A stretch of 64,000 nucleotides of DNA, from contig JBMFUT010000001.1 in NCBI GenBank assembly GCA_049966395.1, positions 32,779 through 96,778 of the forward strand. The letters are read 5' to 3'. Shown piece by piece: positions 1 through 8,180 of the stretch. The translations under genes were made by a program, and so were the position numbers. Below the pieces are notes generated by a model, which did no database searches, had not been told where the DNA came from, and worked only from the letters and a program-made list of their open reading frames with translations. Every line of letters starts with the position of its first letter. Position 1 is the stretch's first letter. This DNA is from Candidatus Micrarchaeia archaeon. Its GTDB lineage: Archaea; Micrarchaeota; Micrarchaeia; Micrarchaeales; CABMGC01.

Positions 1-1105
1 CGTAACCGCTGTTCTTGATGCTTTCTACAAGTATGCCTAGGCCAAGGTCCTTTACAGGTATGTTATCCATGCTGCCGGTGCGCAGGCCTTCTATATTCCT
101 TATGAGTTCGGTATCTTCAACTCCGGTCCTGTTTATCTCTATGTATGCTTCCTGCGAGTGGTTCTTTATTATCTCGTTGAAGTGCATGTCTGACTGGGTA
201 AAGCCTTCCTTTATGGTGCCGCTCAGTGTGATCCTTATTACGGGATTTGTTCCCTGTTTCGCGCTTTTTTTGATGCCGTCTTCTATTGCGGAATTTATTT
301 CCTCAGGGCTCTTTCCCGTCACGTCTATATCTACATTGAAGAATGGGCGCGCGTTTATCTTGACAAAATTGTAGGTGCTGTTCGAGGTGTCGAAAATGAA
401 AAAGCCCTTTTCCGTCTCTTCCTTTCTCAGCTGTGTGAGAACTGTGCTGCCTGGTATAAGAAGCGGCTTCCCGTGGGCTTTTGTCTCGACCCTGCTGTGT
501 ATATGGCCGTCGACATACAAATCGAAACCTTCTGGAAGCTCGTCGAGCTTGAGGAAATCTTTGTTAAACTGCATAAGCTCGTATATAGACTGATGGAACA
601 TGAAGACATTGAAAACCCCTGGCACGGGTTTGGGGTCTAGCCTGCGCAGCTCTTCCAGCAGCTTGTCCTCTGCTATGCCACCGATACCGGATATTGCCAC
701 GCGCTCGCCGCTTTTTTCTATTACCGCGGTGGACTCGCTTACGTTTACGAGAAGCCCAGCAAGATTCAGAAGCTCGACTGCGTCTTCTTCTTCTACAGAA
801 CGGCGCTCGTGAGTTCCAGGTATGGCAATTATAGGCAAGTCAGTGTATGTTTTGCGCTTTGGGTTTTTTGTGTCGAAAGAAACAAGCTTTGCTTTCCAAT
901 TTGCACTCTTAAGCCCCCTGAAAATGTTTACTGCCTGTGCAATAACTTCTGGCTTTGGAGTTCTGTTGTCGAATATGTCGCCCGGTATGACAAGTGCGTC
1001 TGCCATCGAAGCCGCGCTTTGCAGAGCTTCTGATGCCTGCTTGTAAGCGTCGTCAAAGAATCTTTCGTAACCTAAATGGAAATCTGACAATATTGCAAGC
1101 TTCAT
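1..1105 (-). CDS. mre11: Mre11/SbcD-family DNA double-strand break repair nuclease (3' end runs off the window)
   Basis: Hand translation from ATG 1105: MKLAILSDFHLGYERFFDDAYKQA...PGDIFDNRTP...GTHE...FHQ...GHIH...PGS, the metallophosphoesterase motifs of Mre11. Absent from the ORF track because it is truncated. Confidence 0.9.
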   Translation of the reverse strand, partial: MKLAILSDFHLGYERFFDDAYKQASEALQSAASMADALVIPGDIFDNRTPKPEVIAQAVNIFRGLKSANWKAKLVSFDTKNPKRKTYTDLPIIAIPGTHERRSVEEEDAVELLNLAGLLVNVSESTAVIEKSGERVAISGIGGIAEDKLLEELRRLDPKPVPGVFNVFMFHQSIYELMQFNKDFLKLDELPEGFDLYVDGHIHSRVETKAHGKPLLIPGSTVLTQLRKEETEKGFFIFDTSNSTYNFVKINARPFFNVDIDVTGKSPEEINSAIEDGIKKSAKQGTNPVIRITLSGTIKEGFTQSDMHFNEIIKNHSQEAYIEINRTGVEDTELIRNIEGLRTGSMDNIPVKDLGLGILVESIKNSGY

Positions 1106-1141
1106 ACTACGACCACGCGGTTGCAAGCCGCAGTTTTAATT

Positions 1142-1223
1142 TGCGGCCGGCGGGAATCGGACCCGCGTATCAAGCTTGGGAAGCTTACACTTGTTTTGTA
1201 TCCTCCCACTAGATTACGACCGC
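1142..1223 (-). tRNA. tRNA-Gly(CCC) with an 11-nt non-canonical intron at position 29/30 (intron 1185-1195)
   Basis: GCGGTCG TA ATCT AGTGGG AGGAT A CAA[AACAAGTGTAA]GC TT CCC AA GCTTG ATAC GCGGG TCCGATT CCCGC CGGCCGC A. Removing the intron restores the CAAGC/GCTTG anticodon stem. Confidence 0.88.
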
Positions 1224-1242
1224 ATCTTTTTCAGCGTAAGCA

Positions 1243-2013
1243 CTACCTTATGTAAGTGAAGTTTTCTTTGCTTGGCTGCTGCCCCTGCGATTCCGCTGCT
1301 TCCTCGAAGGCTTTTACCATTTTCTCGGTCTCTTTTTTAATCTTGTCAAGATTTTCTGAATTCACTTTTATGTCCAGCAGCTTTGAAACCACTCCCAGCA
1401 CTGCCTTTGCAGAGTTTGCATCTACGTCAAGCATTCCAGTCTCGCCCATTATGCATGCGGCGTCTATCTTGTATTTTTTGGCGAACGTCACTATGAGCCC
1501 GGCGGAGCCCCATATCATCCCGGTTATCTGGCCGAAAAGCACGCCGTTTTTGCTTAGTTCGTCGCGAAGCTTGTCGCTCCATGTGACGCCGAATACCTTA
1601 GGATTGCTGACATATTGGTTGGAGGTGTTGGACCCTCCTATGGTAAATATTTTCTTGCCTTTCAGGAGCTTGAAAAATCTCACTATCTTTTCGTTTATTT
1701 CATACTGCCCTTCTGGAGCCAGAGCCTGCGCATCGCCCGTAAGTATTATCATGTCGCTAGCATCTTTTGATTTCGAAGGATTTTTCCAATAGTAGAACCT
1801 GTTGCTGGGCATGCGCACGCCGCCGCTCTTTAGCATGAACACCTGGTGGGGGAAATGCGGCGAGTAGAGCGTCGCGAACTTTTTGGCGCCTAGCGACTTC
1901 TTGATGCTTTCCGCTACAAGACTCCCTACATTGCCTATTCCTGGCAGGCCGACTATTAGTATGGGGTTGCGCGGTTTTATTTTCTTGTTATAGTATATTT
2001 TCGTCTTTTCCAT
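1243..2013 (-). CDS. PAC2-family proteasome assembly chaperone-like protein
   Basis: LIVGLPGIGNVG, LYSPHFPHQV, GDAQ, CIMGET and C-terminal YIR; typical position downstream of aIF2alpha. Confidence 0.88.
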   Translation of the reverse strand: MEKTKIYYNKKIKPRNPILIVGLPGIGNVGSLVAESIKKSLGAKKFATLYSPHFPHQVFMLKSGGVRMPSNRFYYWKNPSKSKDASDMIILTGDAQALAPEGQYEINEKIVRFFKLLKGKKIFTIGGSNTSNQYVSNPKVFGVTWSDKLRDELSKNGVLFGQITGMIWGSAGLIVTFAKKYKIDAACIMGETGMLDVDANSAKAVLGVVSKLLDIKVNSENLDKIKKETEKMVKAFEEAAESQGQQPSKENFTYIR

Positions 2014-2775
2014 CTAATCCTTCTCCTTTTTAAGTGTAAAACCGTCTTGTTTGAAATACTTCCCCAGAATCTTTTCCGCTTCTTTTATTTTTTCCTCTGC
2101 AATGAAATAGTCCTTTGCCTCTGACGAAATCCTATAATGGGGCGCGCTCATGTAGTTTACTTTAAGGCCCATTCCTTCTATCTCCAAGAACGCTTTCTTT
2201 ATTGTTTCTATGTTCGCGGCGCGCGGAGTGTTTAGCTCGACCACATATGTGACTTCGTATATCTTTGGCTTGATGTTCTTTTTAATAGCATCAACGAATT
2301 CTGTCTTGAAGTTGCTGTCGATTGACAAAGAGTTGATTATAGAAGGGTCTTCCATTACCGAGTCTATCGCTTCTGTAAACGTGTTGAAGTGCTTTGACAG
2401 CTCCTGCCTTATCTGCTGCTCTTGAGATTCTGTCTTTGTTGATGCCAGCACTTGCTTGAACAACGCCTCGTACCTTTTTTCCATGTTGTAGGCATTCAGC
2501 TTGTCTTTATACTCCTTCTCGTTTACTTTCTTTATTGATACATCAATTGCCCTCTTTTCCTTGTCTACGTATATTACTTTGGCGACTTCCGTCTTGCCCT
2601 CCTTTAGGAATTCGTGTATGTTTTTTATCCATCCCGAAGCGACTTCCTTTATAGGCAAATATGCTTCTTCGTTTCCGTACTCTATAATGTTGCAGTAGGC
2701 GCCGAACGGCATTATCTTTTTTACCTTTATTATTACTTTTTCGCCAACTTCCGGAAGCGCTTTTGGGACTATCAT
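2014..2775 (-). CDS. eif2a: Translation initiation factor aIF2 alpha subunit
   Basis: LPEVGE, S1 domain GAYC...EVASGWIKNI, C-terminal SAPHYRI. Confidence 0.95.
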   Translation of the reverse strand: MIVPKALPEVGEKVIIKVKKIMPFGAYCNIIEYGNEEAYLPIKEVASGWIKNIHEFLKEGKTEVAKVIYVDKEKRAIDVSIKKVNEKEYKDKLNAYNMEKRYEALFKQVLASTKTESQEQQIRQELSKHFNTFTEAIDSVMEDPSIINSLSIDSNFKTEFVDAIKKNIKPKIYEVTYVVELNTPRAANIETIKKAFLEIEGMGLKVNYMSAPHYRISSEAKDYFIAEEKIKEAEKILGKYFKQDGFTLKKEKD

Positions 2776-2782
2776 GCAGCCT

Positions 2783-3064
2783 TTACCTCTTTATTTCTAT
2801 TTTCTTTTTCGTTCTTTTGCCCACGACCCGCTCTATTGTCTTGTGGCATACGCTGCATTCCAACAGTATCTTCTGCTTCTTTCCCAATTTCTTAGGATGT
2901 ATTTTCGGCTCGACGCTTCCTACGTATCCTTTTATTGCCCTGTTGTGCCTTCTTTTACCTACATTGAGCCATCTCTCCGGCTTTTTGGAGTATACTTTCA
3001 CAGTATGCAGCGTGTGCTTGTTGCAATACGGGCAATATGCCATTATCTCTTTTTCTATCTTCAT
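2783..3064 (-). CDS. rpl44e: 50S ribosomal protein L44e (eL42)
   Basis: YCPYCNKHTLHTV...GYVG...LECSVC zinc-binding pattern; gene context. Confidence 0.95.
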   Translation of the reverse strand: MKIEKEIMAYCPYCNKHTLHTVKVYSKKPERWLNVGKRRHNRAIKGYVGSVEPKIHPKKLGKKQKILLECSVCHKTIERVVGKRTKKKIEIKR

Positions 3065-3074
3065 GCCATCATGC

Positions 3075-3560
3075 TCATATTATTTCACAAAGCTTGTTGT
3101 TTAGCAGAAAGTCAAGTTCGTTCTTGTCAGAAACTTCTACTATTTGATTTTTGCTGAAAGGCCCTATCTTTCCGCCTGTTTGAATGACCACTTCCGGTAT
3201 GTCTGCGACTATTCGCACTTTCAAATTCTTTGAGCCTTGGGGGTTGCTTATGTTGCTTATCTGCTTTTTTATTTCTGAGTAAAGCAGATCTTCCTCTTCG
3301 GGTACGCTTGACGGCAGTTTTTTGCTGTATGCCAAATATATCAGGATCTTTTGTATCCTCTTTTCGCGGATTTCCGAAAGCAGTTTTTTGAAATTTTCAA
3401 TCTGCTTGGCTTTAGTTTCGCTGTTTTCACCAGAAGACTCCTTTTCAATATATTCCTCAGTCTTCTTATAAAAGTCTTTCGCAAGAGGAAGAAGTTCCCC
3501 AGTCTTGCGCTCTTCCGCAAGTTTGGAAAATAGTATGTCAACAGAAAGATCTTCTTGCAT
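3075..3560 (-). CDS. gins15: GINS15 (Gins51) replication factor
   Basis: ERKTGELLPLAKDFY...EKRIQKI...PEEEDLY A-domain plus C-terminal B-domain (DIPEVV..GGKIGPF); conserved position upstream of rpl44e. Confidence 0.8.
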   Translation of the reverse strand: MQEDLSVDILFSKLAEERKTGELLPLAKDFYKKTEEYIEKESSGENSETKAKQIENFKKLLSEIREKRIQKILIYLAYSKKLPSSVPEEEDLLYSEIKKQISNISNPQGSKNLKVRIVADIPEVVIQTGGKIGPFSKNQIVEVSDKNELDFLLNNKLCEII

Positions 3561-3575
3561 CAAATCATCTGATGG

Positions 3576-3705
3576 GAGGGTATGTTTCCACTATTCATGT
3601 TGTTTTTATTATATTATATACTTCTATGAGAATTATGGATATGTATATAATGGCACAAAATTTAATAACGTGACGAAAAAGGATAAATAGTGGAACTGAA
3701 CCCTC
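3576..3705. repeat. 130-bp AT-rich element bounded by imperfect ~23-bp inverted repeats
   Basis: Left end GAGGGTATGTTTCCACTATTCAT versus reverse complement of right end GAGGGTTCAGTTCCACTATTTAT. Confidence 0.55.
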
Positions 3706-3707
3706 AT

Positions 3708-3782
3708 TAGCGAGGGATGGATTTGAACCACCGTTCTCCGGGTTATGAGCCCGGCGGGCACTCCAGACTACCCTACCTCGCT
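3708..3782 (-). tRNA. Initiator tRNA-Met(CAT)
   Basis: AGCGAGG...CCGGG CT CAT AA CCCGG...GGTGG TTCAAAT CCATC CCTCGCT A. A1-U72 and three G-C pairs in the anticodon stem; TATA-like TTTATAAT about 25 nt upstream. Confidence 0.95.
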
Positions 3783-3807
3783 ATGCATTATAATTAGCAA
3801 TACAAGA

Positions 3808-4491
3808 TTATAAACTTTCTTTTTCGCCTAAAATCAGTCTTTCCGCTTCTTCCTTGTCTATTCTTTTCATCATGCGACCGCATTCGCACTTGAAATTCAT
3901 TTCTTCGGCGGTCCAAAAAGGAAATATTGTCTTGTTTTCTTCAAAACACTTCTCACATACAAAAAAGTCGTTGCAGTTTTCAGGCAACGAATAATCATTG
4001 TTTTCCTCATTTACCTTGTATACAAACCCTCTAAGTTTTTCTGGATCTATATACCATCTAAAGGTAAGCCATCCATTATTAGCTTTGTCGGATTCGTATC
4101 TTGCCACCCCGATAGTGTTCAGAGAATTAAGCATCCTTCTGACTTCGTTTATTTTTATGTTCGTCTTGGCCGCAATAGATTCGTCAGTCTGATAATCGGC
4201 GAGAAGTTTTATTATGTCCTCTCCTTTTTTGCCGACGTTTTTTGCAATATAGTCTGAAAACTTGGAATCAGAAATCGCCTCGTTTATCGCGGCGAGCCTT
4301 GCAATGCTGAAAGCTGCCTTGGTTGACGCAATCTTCTTGTTTCTGTTTGCATTCCTCGTTGCATGGGCTTTGGCAGCAGCTTTGGCATGCTTGATTGCAT
4401 GAACAGTATGCGCCTTTGGCTTGCCATAACTCTTCTTGGCAGTTGTATTTTTGTGAGGAAGTGCGTGTTTGTTTGACTTTTTAATCTTCAT
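3808..4491 (-). CDS. tfe: Transcription factor E (TFE alpha) with a basic N-terminal extension
   Basis: TDESIA...INEVRRMLNSL...GWLTFRW winged helix; FFVCEKC...FKCECG zinc ribbon. Confidence 0.85.
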   Translation of the reverse strand: MKIKKSNKHALPHKNTTAKKSYGKPKAHTVHAIKHAKAAAKAHATRNANRNKKIASTKAAFSIARLAAINEAISDSKFSDYIAKNVGKKGEDIIKLLADYQTDESIAAKTNIKINEVRRMLNSLNTIGVARYESDKANNGWLTFRWYIDPEKLRGFVYKVNEENNDYSLPENCNDFFVCEKCFEENKTIFPFWTAEEMNFKCECGRMMKRIDKEEAERLILGEKESL

Positions 4492-4651
4492 TTAATCATC
4501 TTGCGGCCGGGCAACACAAGAGTATTATGCCTCTTTTAATATTTAAGGTTTATGATTTGTTGCAAAAACGCAAACCCGTGTTAGGATTTTGCATCGTCCT
4601 GTTCTCTATGCAACCTCGCAACACAACCGCCGTGCAAAGTAAGTGCATAGG

Positions 4652-4726
4652 CGGGCCCGGTGGGATTTGGACCCACGACTTACTGGTTAAGAGCCAGTCA
4701 CTCTGACCAAACTGAGTTACGGACCC
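4652..4726 (-). tRNA. tRNA-Lys(CTT)
   Basis: GGGTCCG TA ACTC AGTTTGGTCA GAGT G ACTGG CT CTT AA CCAGT AAGTC GTGGG TCCAAAT CCCAC CGGGCCC G; TTTATAAA about 27 nt upstream. Confidence 0.95.
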
Positions 4727-4807
4727 ACGCAATCTATTATTGCATCTCTGCTTTATAAATCTTTTACCTCCTCGCAGTTCGCTGCAACGCTCGCACGCTG
4801 TCTTATG

Positions 4808-6136
4808 CTATTTTGTGCTACCTCTTACGAACTTCTCGATCATGACGTCAAACTCTTTGCCTATTGGCTGAAGTTCATAGCTTACCTGCGCAACTGGCTT
4901 GTCAACCTCCATTATGCGGCTTAAATTAGTCGGAGTTGCCGAAACAACGCTGTCGCAGTCGGCACTGTTTATCACCGCCTTTAGCTCCGAAATCTGCTTC
5001 TCGTTGTAGCCCAGTGCCGGCAGCACGTTGCCAAGTTGCTTAAAGTTTTCATAGGCTTTCTTTATACTCCCAATGGCGTATTTCCTAGGGTCTATTATCT
5101 CCTTTGCGCCGTAGTTTTTGGCGGCTACTGTTGCGGCGCCGAACTTCATACCTCCGTGCGTTACAGTGGGTCCGTCCTCTACTACAAGCACACGCTTGCC
5201 AGTTATCAGGCTCGGATTGTCAACGCTTATGACAGAGTTTGCAAGCACCACAAAAGCATCGCTATTTATTTTTGACAGATTTTCCTTCAGCTGCGAAACC
5301 TCCATTTCAGAAGCCGAATTTACTTTGTTTATGAGCAGCACGTTCGCCATCCTTGCCACAGTCTCTCCCGGATAGTACGTCAGTTCGTTGCCGACCCTCA
5401 AAGGATCAGCTACAGTTATAAGCAGGTCGGGCCTTATGAAAGGGGCGTCGTTGTTTCCGCCGTCCCATATTATTATATCGGCTTCTTCCTCCGCCTTTTC
5501 CAATATTCTGGCGTAGTCTACTCCAGAGTAAACAACGGTTTTATTTCTGATATGAGGTTCGTAGTCCTCGCGTTCCTCTATAGTGCACTCGTACTTGTCA
5601 AGATCCTTCAGAGATGCGAAACGCTGCACCGCCTGCTTTTTCAAATCCCCGTAAGGCATAGGATGCCTTATTACAACCGGCGTTTTGCCACTTTTCTTTA
5701 TTAGAGCCGCGACATACCTTGAGGTCTGGCTCTTGCCGCTTCCTGTCCTGACAGCGCACACCGCAATTACCGGCTTCTTCGACTTGAGCATCGTGTTGCT
5801 CGGGGAAACGAGCCAAAAATCCGCGCCATTAGCATTTGCAATGCTTGCCTTGTGCATCACTTCAACGTCTGGAAGGTCGCTGTATGCCTGTACGCAGGCA
5901 TCTACATTAAATTTCTTTATGAGTGCAGGCATCTCAGATTCGTCGTGTATTTCTATCCCTTTGGGGTAAAGCTTGCCCGCAAGTTCCTTTGGATAGGTCC
6001 TTTTTGAAATGTAAGGTATTTGGTTGGCTGTGAAACCTACAACGTCATAGCCTTCGTTGTCCCTGAAGAGCATGTTGAAATCGTGGAAATCTCTGCCCGC
6101 GGCGCCGAGTATAAGAATACGCTTTTTTCCACCCAT
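4808..6136 (-). CDS. COG2403-type P-loop NTPase (cyclic 2,3-diphosphoglycerate synthetase-like family)
   Basis: GAAGRDFHDFN, AVRTGSGKSQTSR, RHPMPYGDL, WDGGNND, VEDGPTVTHGGM. Confidence 0.85.
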   Translation of the reverse strand: MGGKKRILILGAAGRDFHDFNMLFRDNEGYDVVGFTANQIPYISKRTYPKELAGKLYPKGIEIHDESEMPALIKKFNVDACVQAYSDLPDVEVMHKASIANANGADFWLVSPSNTMLKSKKPVIAVCAVRTGSGKSQTSRYVAALIKKSGKTPVVIRHPMPYGDLKKQAVQRFASLKDLDKYECTIEEREDYEPHIRNKTVVYSGVDYARILEKAEEEADIIIWDGGNNDAPFIRPDLLITVADPLRVGNELTYYPGETVARMANVLLINKVNSASEMEVSQLKENLSKINSDAFVVLANSVISVDNPSLITGKRVLVVEDGPTVTHGGMKFGAATVAAKNYGAKEIIDPRKYAIGSIKKAYENFKQLGNVLPALGYNEKQISELKAVINSADCDSVVSATPTNLSRIMEVDKPVAQVSYELQPIGKEFDVMIEKFVRGSTK

Positions 6137-6259
6137 TTAATCACAATTAATTTAACATGCAAAACTATAATAAATTGATTAATGTGTCGTCGTAAAACGA
6201 CGCAGATAAGGTTTATAGTATTTAACTTGCCATAAGATAGCAGACCAGCACTGATATAA

Positions 6260-8176
6260 ATGGAAAATCAGAACGACGAGTATAACGCATCAAAAATAGT
6301 TGTGCTAGAAGGCACGCAGGGCATAAGGAAAAGGCCCGCAATGTACATCGGCTCTACCGGCGTGCAAGGGGTAGTGCATCTGCTGATCGAAATAATAGAC
6401 AATGCAATAGACGAATCCCTGGCTGGCTATTGCAAGAACATATCAGTTTCGCTTCTCCAAGAAGATAGCGGAGACATTGCAGAAGTGAGCGACGACGGGC
6501 GGGGAATACCTGTAGACATAATGCCAAAGTACAACAAGCCTGCACTAGAAGTCATAATGACTTCGTTGCATTCAGGCGCCAAATTCGACAATAACACATA
6601 CAAAATCTCTGGTGGCCTGCACGGCGTTGGCCTTACGGTTGTCAATGCCCTTTCAGAGTACATGGAGGTGACGGTCAAGAAAGGGGGCAACATTTACAGG
6701 CAAAAATTCAGCCGCGGCCAGCCAGTTTCGCAGATGGAAATCATAGGTAATACGGATCAGCATGGCACAACGATAAGATTCAAGCCGGATCCGGAAATAT
6801 TTCCTGACCCAAGGTTTGATTCTGAGCAGATAAAGGCAAAGCTCGAGTACGCCAGCTTCCTTAATCCAGGCATAAGGATAAAATTCAGCGACGAGCGTTT
6901 CCCGCAAAAAGAAACTAAGGAATACTATTCTGAGCAAGGCATACCTGAACTAATAATGCAATTAAACAAGGACAAGCAGCCGCTTACCAATGTCATATAC
7001 GCAAAAAAACAGCAGGACTCGATGCAAATAGAGTTTGCCCTTCAGTATAACAACGGCTATGATGAAAAGGTGCTCTCTTTCGTCAACGATGTCAGGACAA
7101 CAGAAGGAGGCACTCACGAAGTTGGCTTCCGCTCCGCGCTCAGCAGGGCCATAATAAACTATGCATCTGAGTCAAAGAACGGCAAGGACAGCGACGAAAT
7201 AAAGCTTACTGGGGACGATGTGAGAGAAGGCTTGACTGCTGTGATAAGCCTCCTGATGCAGAGCCCAGAATTCGAAGGCCAAACAAAGGAAAAGCTTGGC
7301 AATACAAAGGTGAAGAGCGCAGTAGAGAGTGCTGTTTATGCCATAATCTCAAGATACTTGGAAGAGCACCCGTCTGACGCAAAAGCCATAGTCGGAAAGG
7401 TGCAGAGCGCCGCAATAGCGAGGGAAAGTGCCAGAAAGGCAAAGGAGCTTGCGAGAAAGAAGAGCATATTCGAAACCGCAGTGCTGCCCGGGAAGCTAGC
7501 AGACTGCGTTGAAAGCGATCCAGAAAAATCTGAAATATTCATAGTGGAAGGCGAAAGCGCAGGTGGCTCTAGCAAGCAAGGAAGGGACAAAAATTTCCAG
7601 GCCATACTTCCGCTTAGGGGCAAGATACTAAACGTTGAAAAGGCGACCGATGAGAAGATATTCAGTAACGCCGAAATACACACAATGGTTGCTGCATTCG
7701 GCACCGGGATAAAGGAAACTTTCAATCCGGAGGCTGTGCGCTACAAAAAAATAATAATAATGACCGATGCCGACGTAGACGGCAGCCACATAAAGACCCT
7801 GCTGCTTACGTTCTTCTACCGCTACATGAAGAAGCTGGTTGAGCTTGGCTATGTTTACATAGCGCAGCCGCCGCTGTACAAGATATCAAAAGGCAAGGAG
7901 CAGCGATACTGCTATACTGATGATGAGCTTGCGGCGGCGATGAAGGAGCTTGGCTCCGACGCGGCGGTGCAGCGCTACAAAGGTCTCGGAGAAATGAATC
8001 CAGAGCAGTTGTGGCAGACCACGATGGACCCGGAAAGGCGCATACTAAAGCAGGTTACAATAAAGGATGCCGAAAAGGCTGACAGGTTACTAACAATCCT
8101 CATGGGCATAGACGTTTCTGAAAGGAGAAAGTTCATAGAAGAGCACTCTAAAGAGGTAAGATTTTTAGATCTGTGA
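6260..8176 (+). CDS. gyrB: DNA gyrase subunit B
   Basis: RKRPAMYIG, DDGRGIP, SGGLHGVG, VEGESAGGS, PLRGKILNV, MTDADVDGSHI, RYKGLGEMN. Confidence 0.98.
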   Translation: MENQNDEYNASKIVVLEGTQGIRKRPAMYIGSTGVQGVVHLLIEIIDNAIDESLAGYCKNISVSLLQEDSGDIAEVSDDGRGIPVDIMPKYNKPALEVIMTSLHSGAKFDNNTYKISGGLHGVGLTVVNALSEYMEVTVKKGGNIYRQKFSRGQPVSQMEIIGNTDQHGTTIRFKPDPEIFPDPRFDSEQIKAKLEYASFLNPGIRIKFSDERFPQKETKEYYSEQGIPELIMQLNKDKQPLTNVIYAKKQQDSMQIEFALQYNNGYDEKVLSFVNDVRTTEGGTHEVGFRSALSRAIINYASESKNGKDSDEIKLTGDDVREGLTAVISLLMQSPEFEGQTKEKLGNTKVKSAVESAVYAIISRYLEEHPSDAKAIVGKVQSAAIARESARKAKELARKKSIFETAVLPGKLADCVESDPEKSEIFIVEGESAGGSSKQGRDKNFQAILPLRGKILNVEKATDEKIFSNAEIHTMVAAFGTGIKETFNPEAVRYKKIIIMTDADVDGSHIKTLLLTFFYRYMKKLVELGYVYIAQPPLYKISKGKEQRYCYTDDELAAAMKELGSDAAVQRYKGLGEMNPEQLWQTTMDPERRILKQVTIKDAEKADRLLTILMGIDVSERRKFIEEHSKEVRFLDL

Positions 8177-8180
8177 TAAA

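Noticed and set aside
15..1212. Several plus-strand ORFs
   Set aside because: Antisense shadows of mre11; the same applies to most short opposite-strand ORFs in the track.
4501..4510. TTGCGGCCGG matches the tRNA-Gly 3' end (1141-1150), suggesting an att site
   Set aside because: Only 10 bp, the intervening genes are core genes, and there is no integrase.
4550..4732. 60-aa ORF (also 35091..35357 and 47426..47776)
   Set aside because: These are shadow ORFs over tRNA genes.
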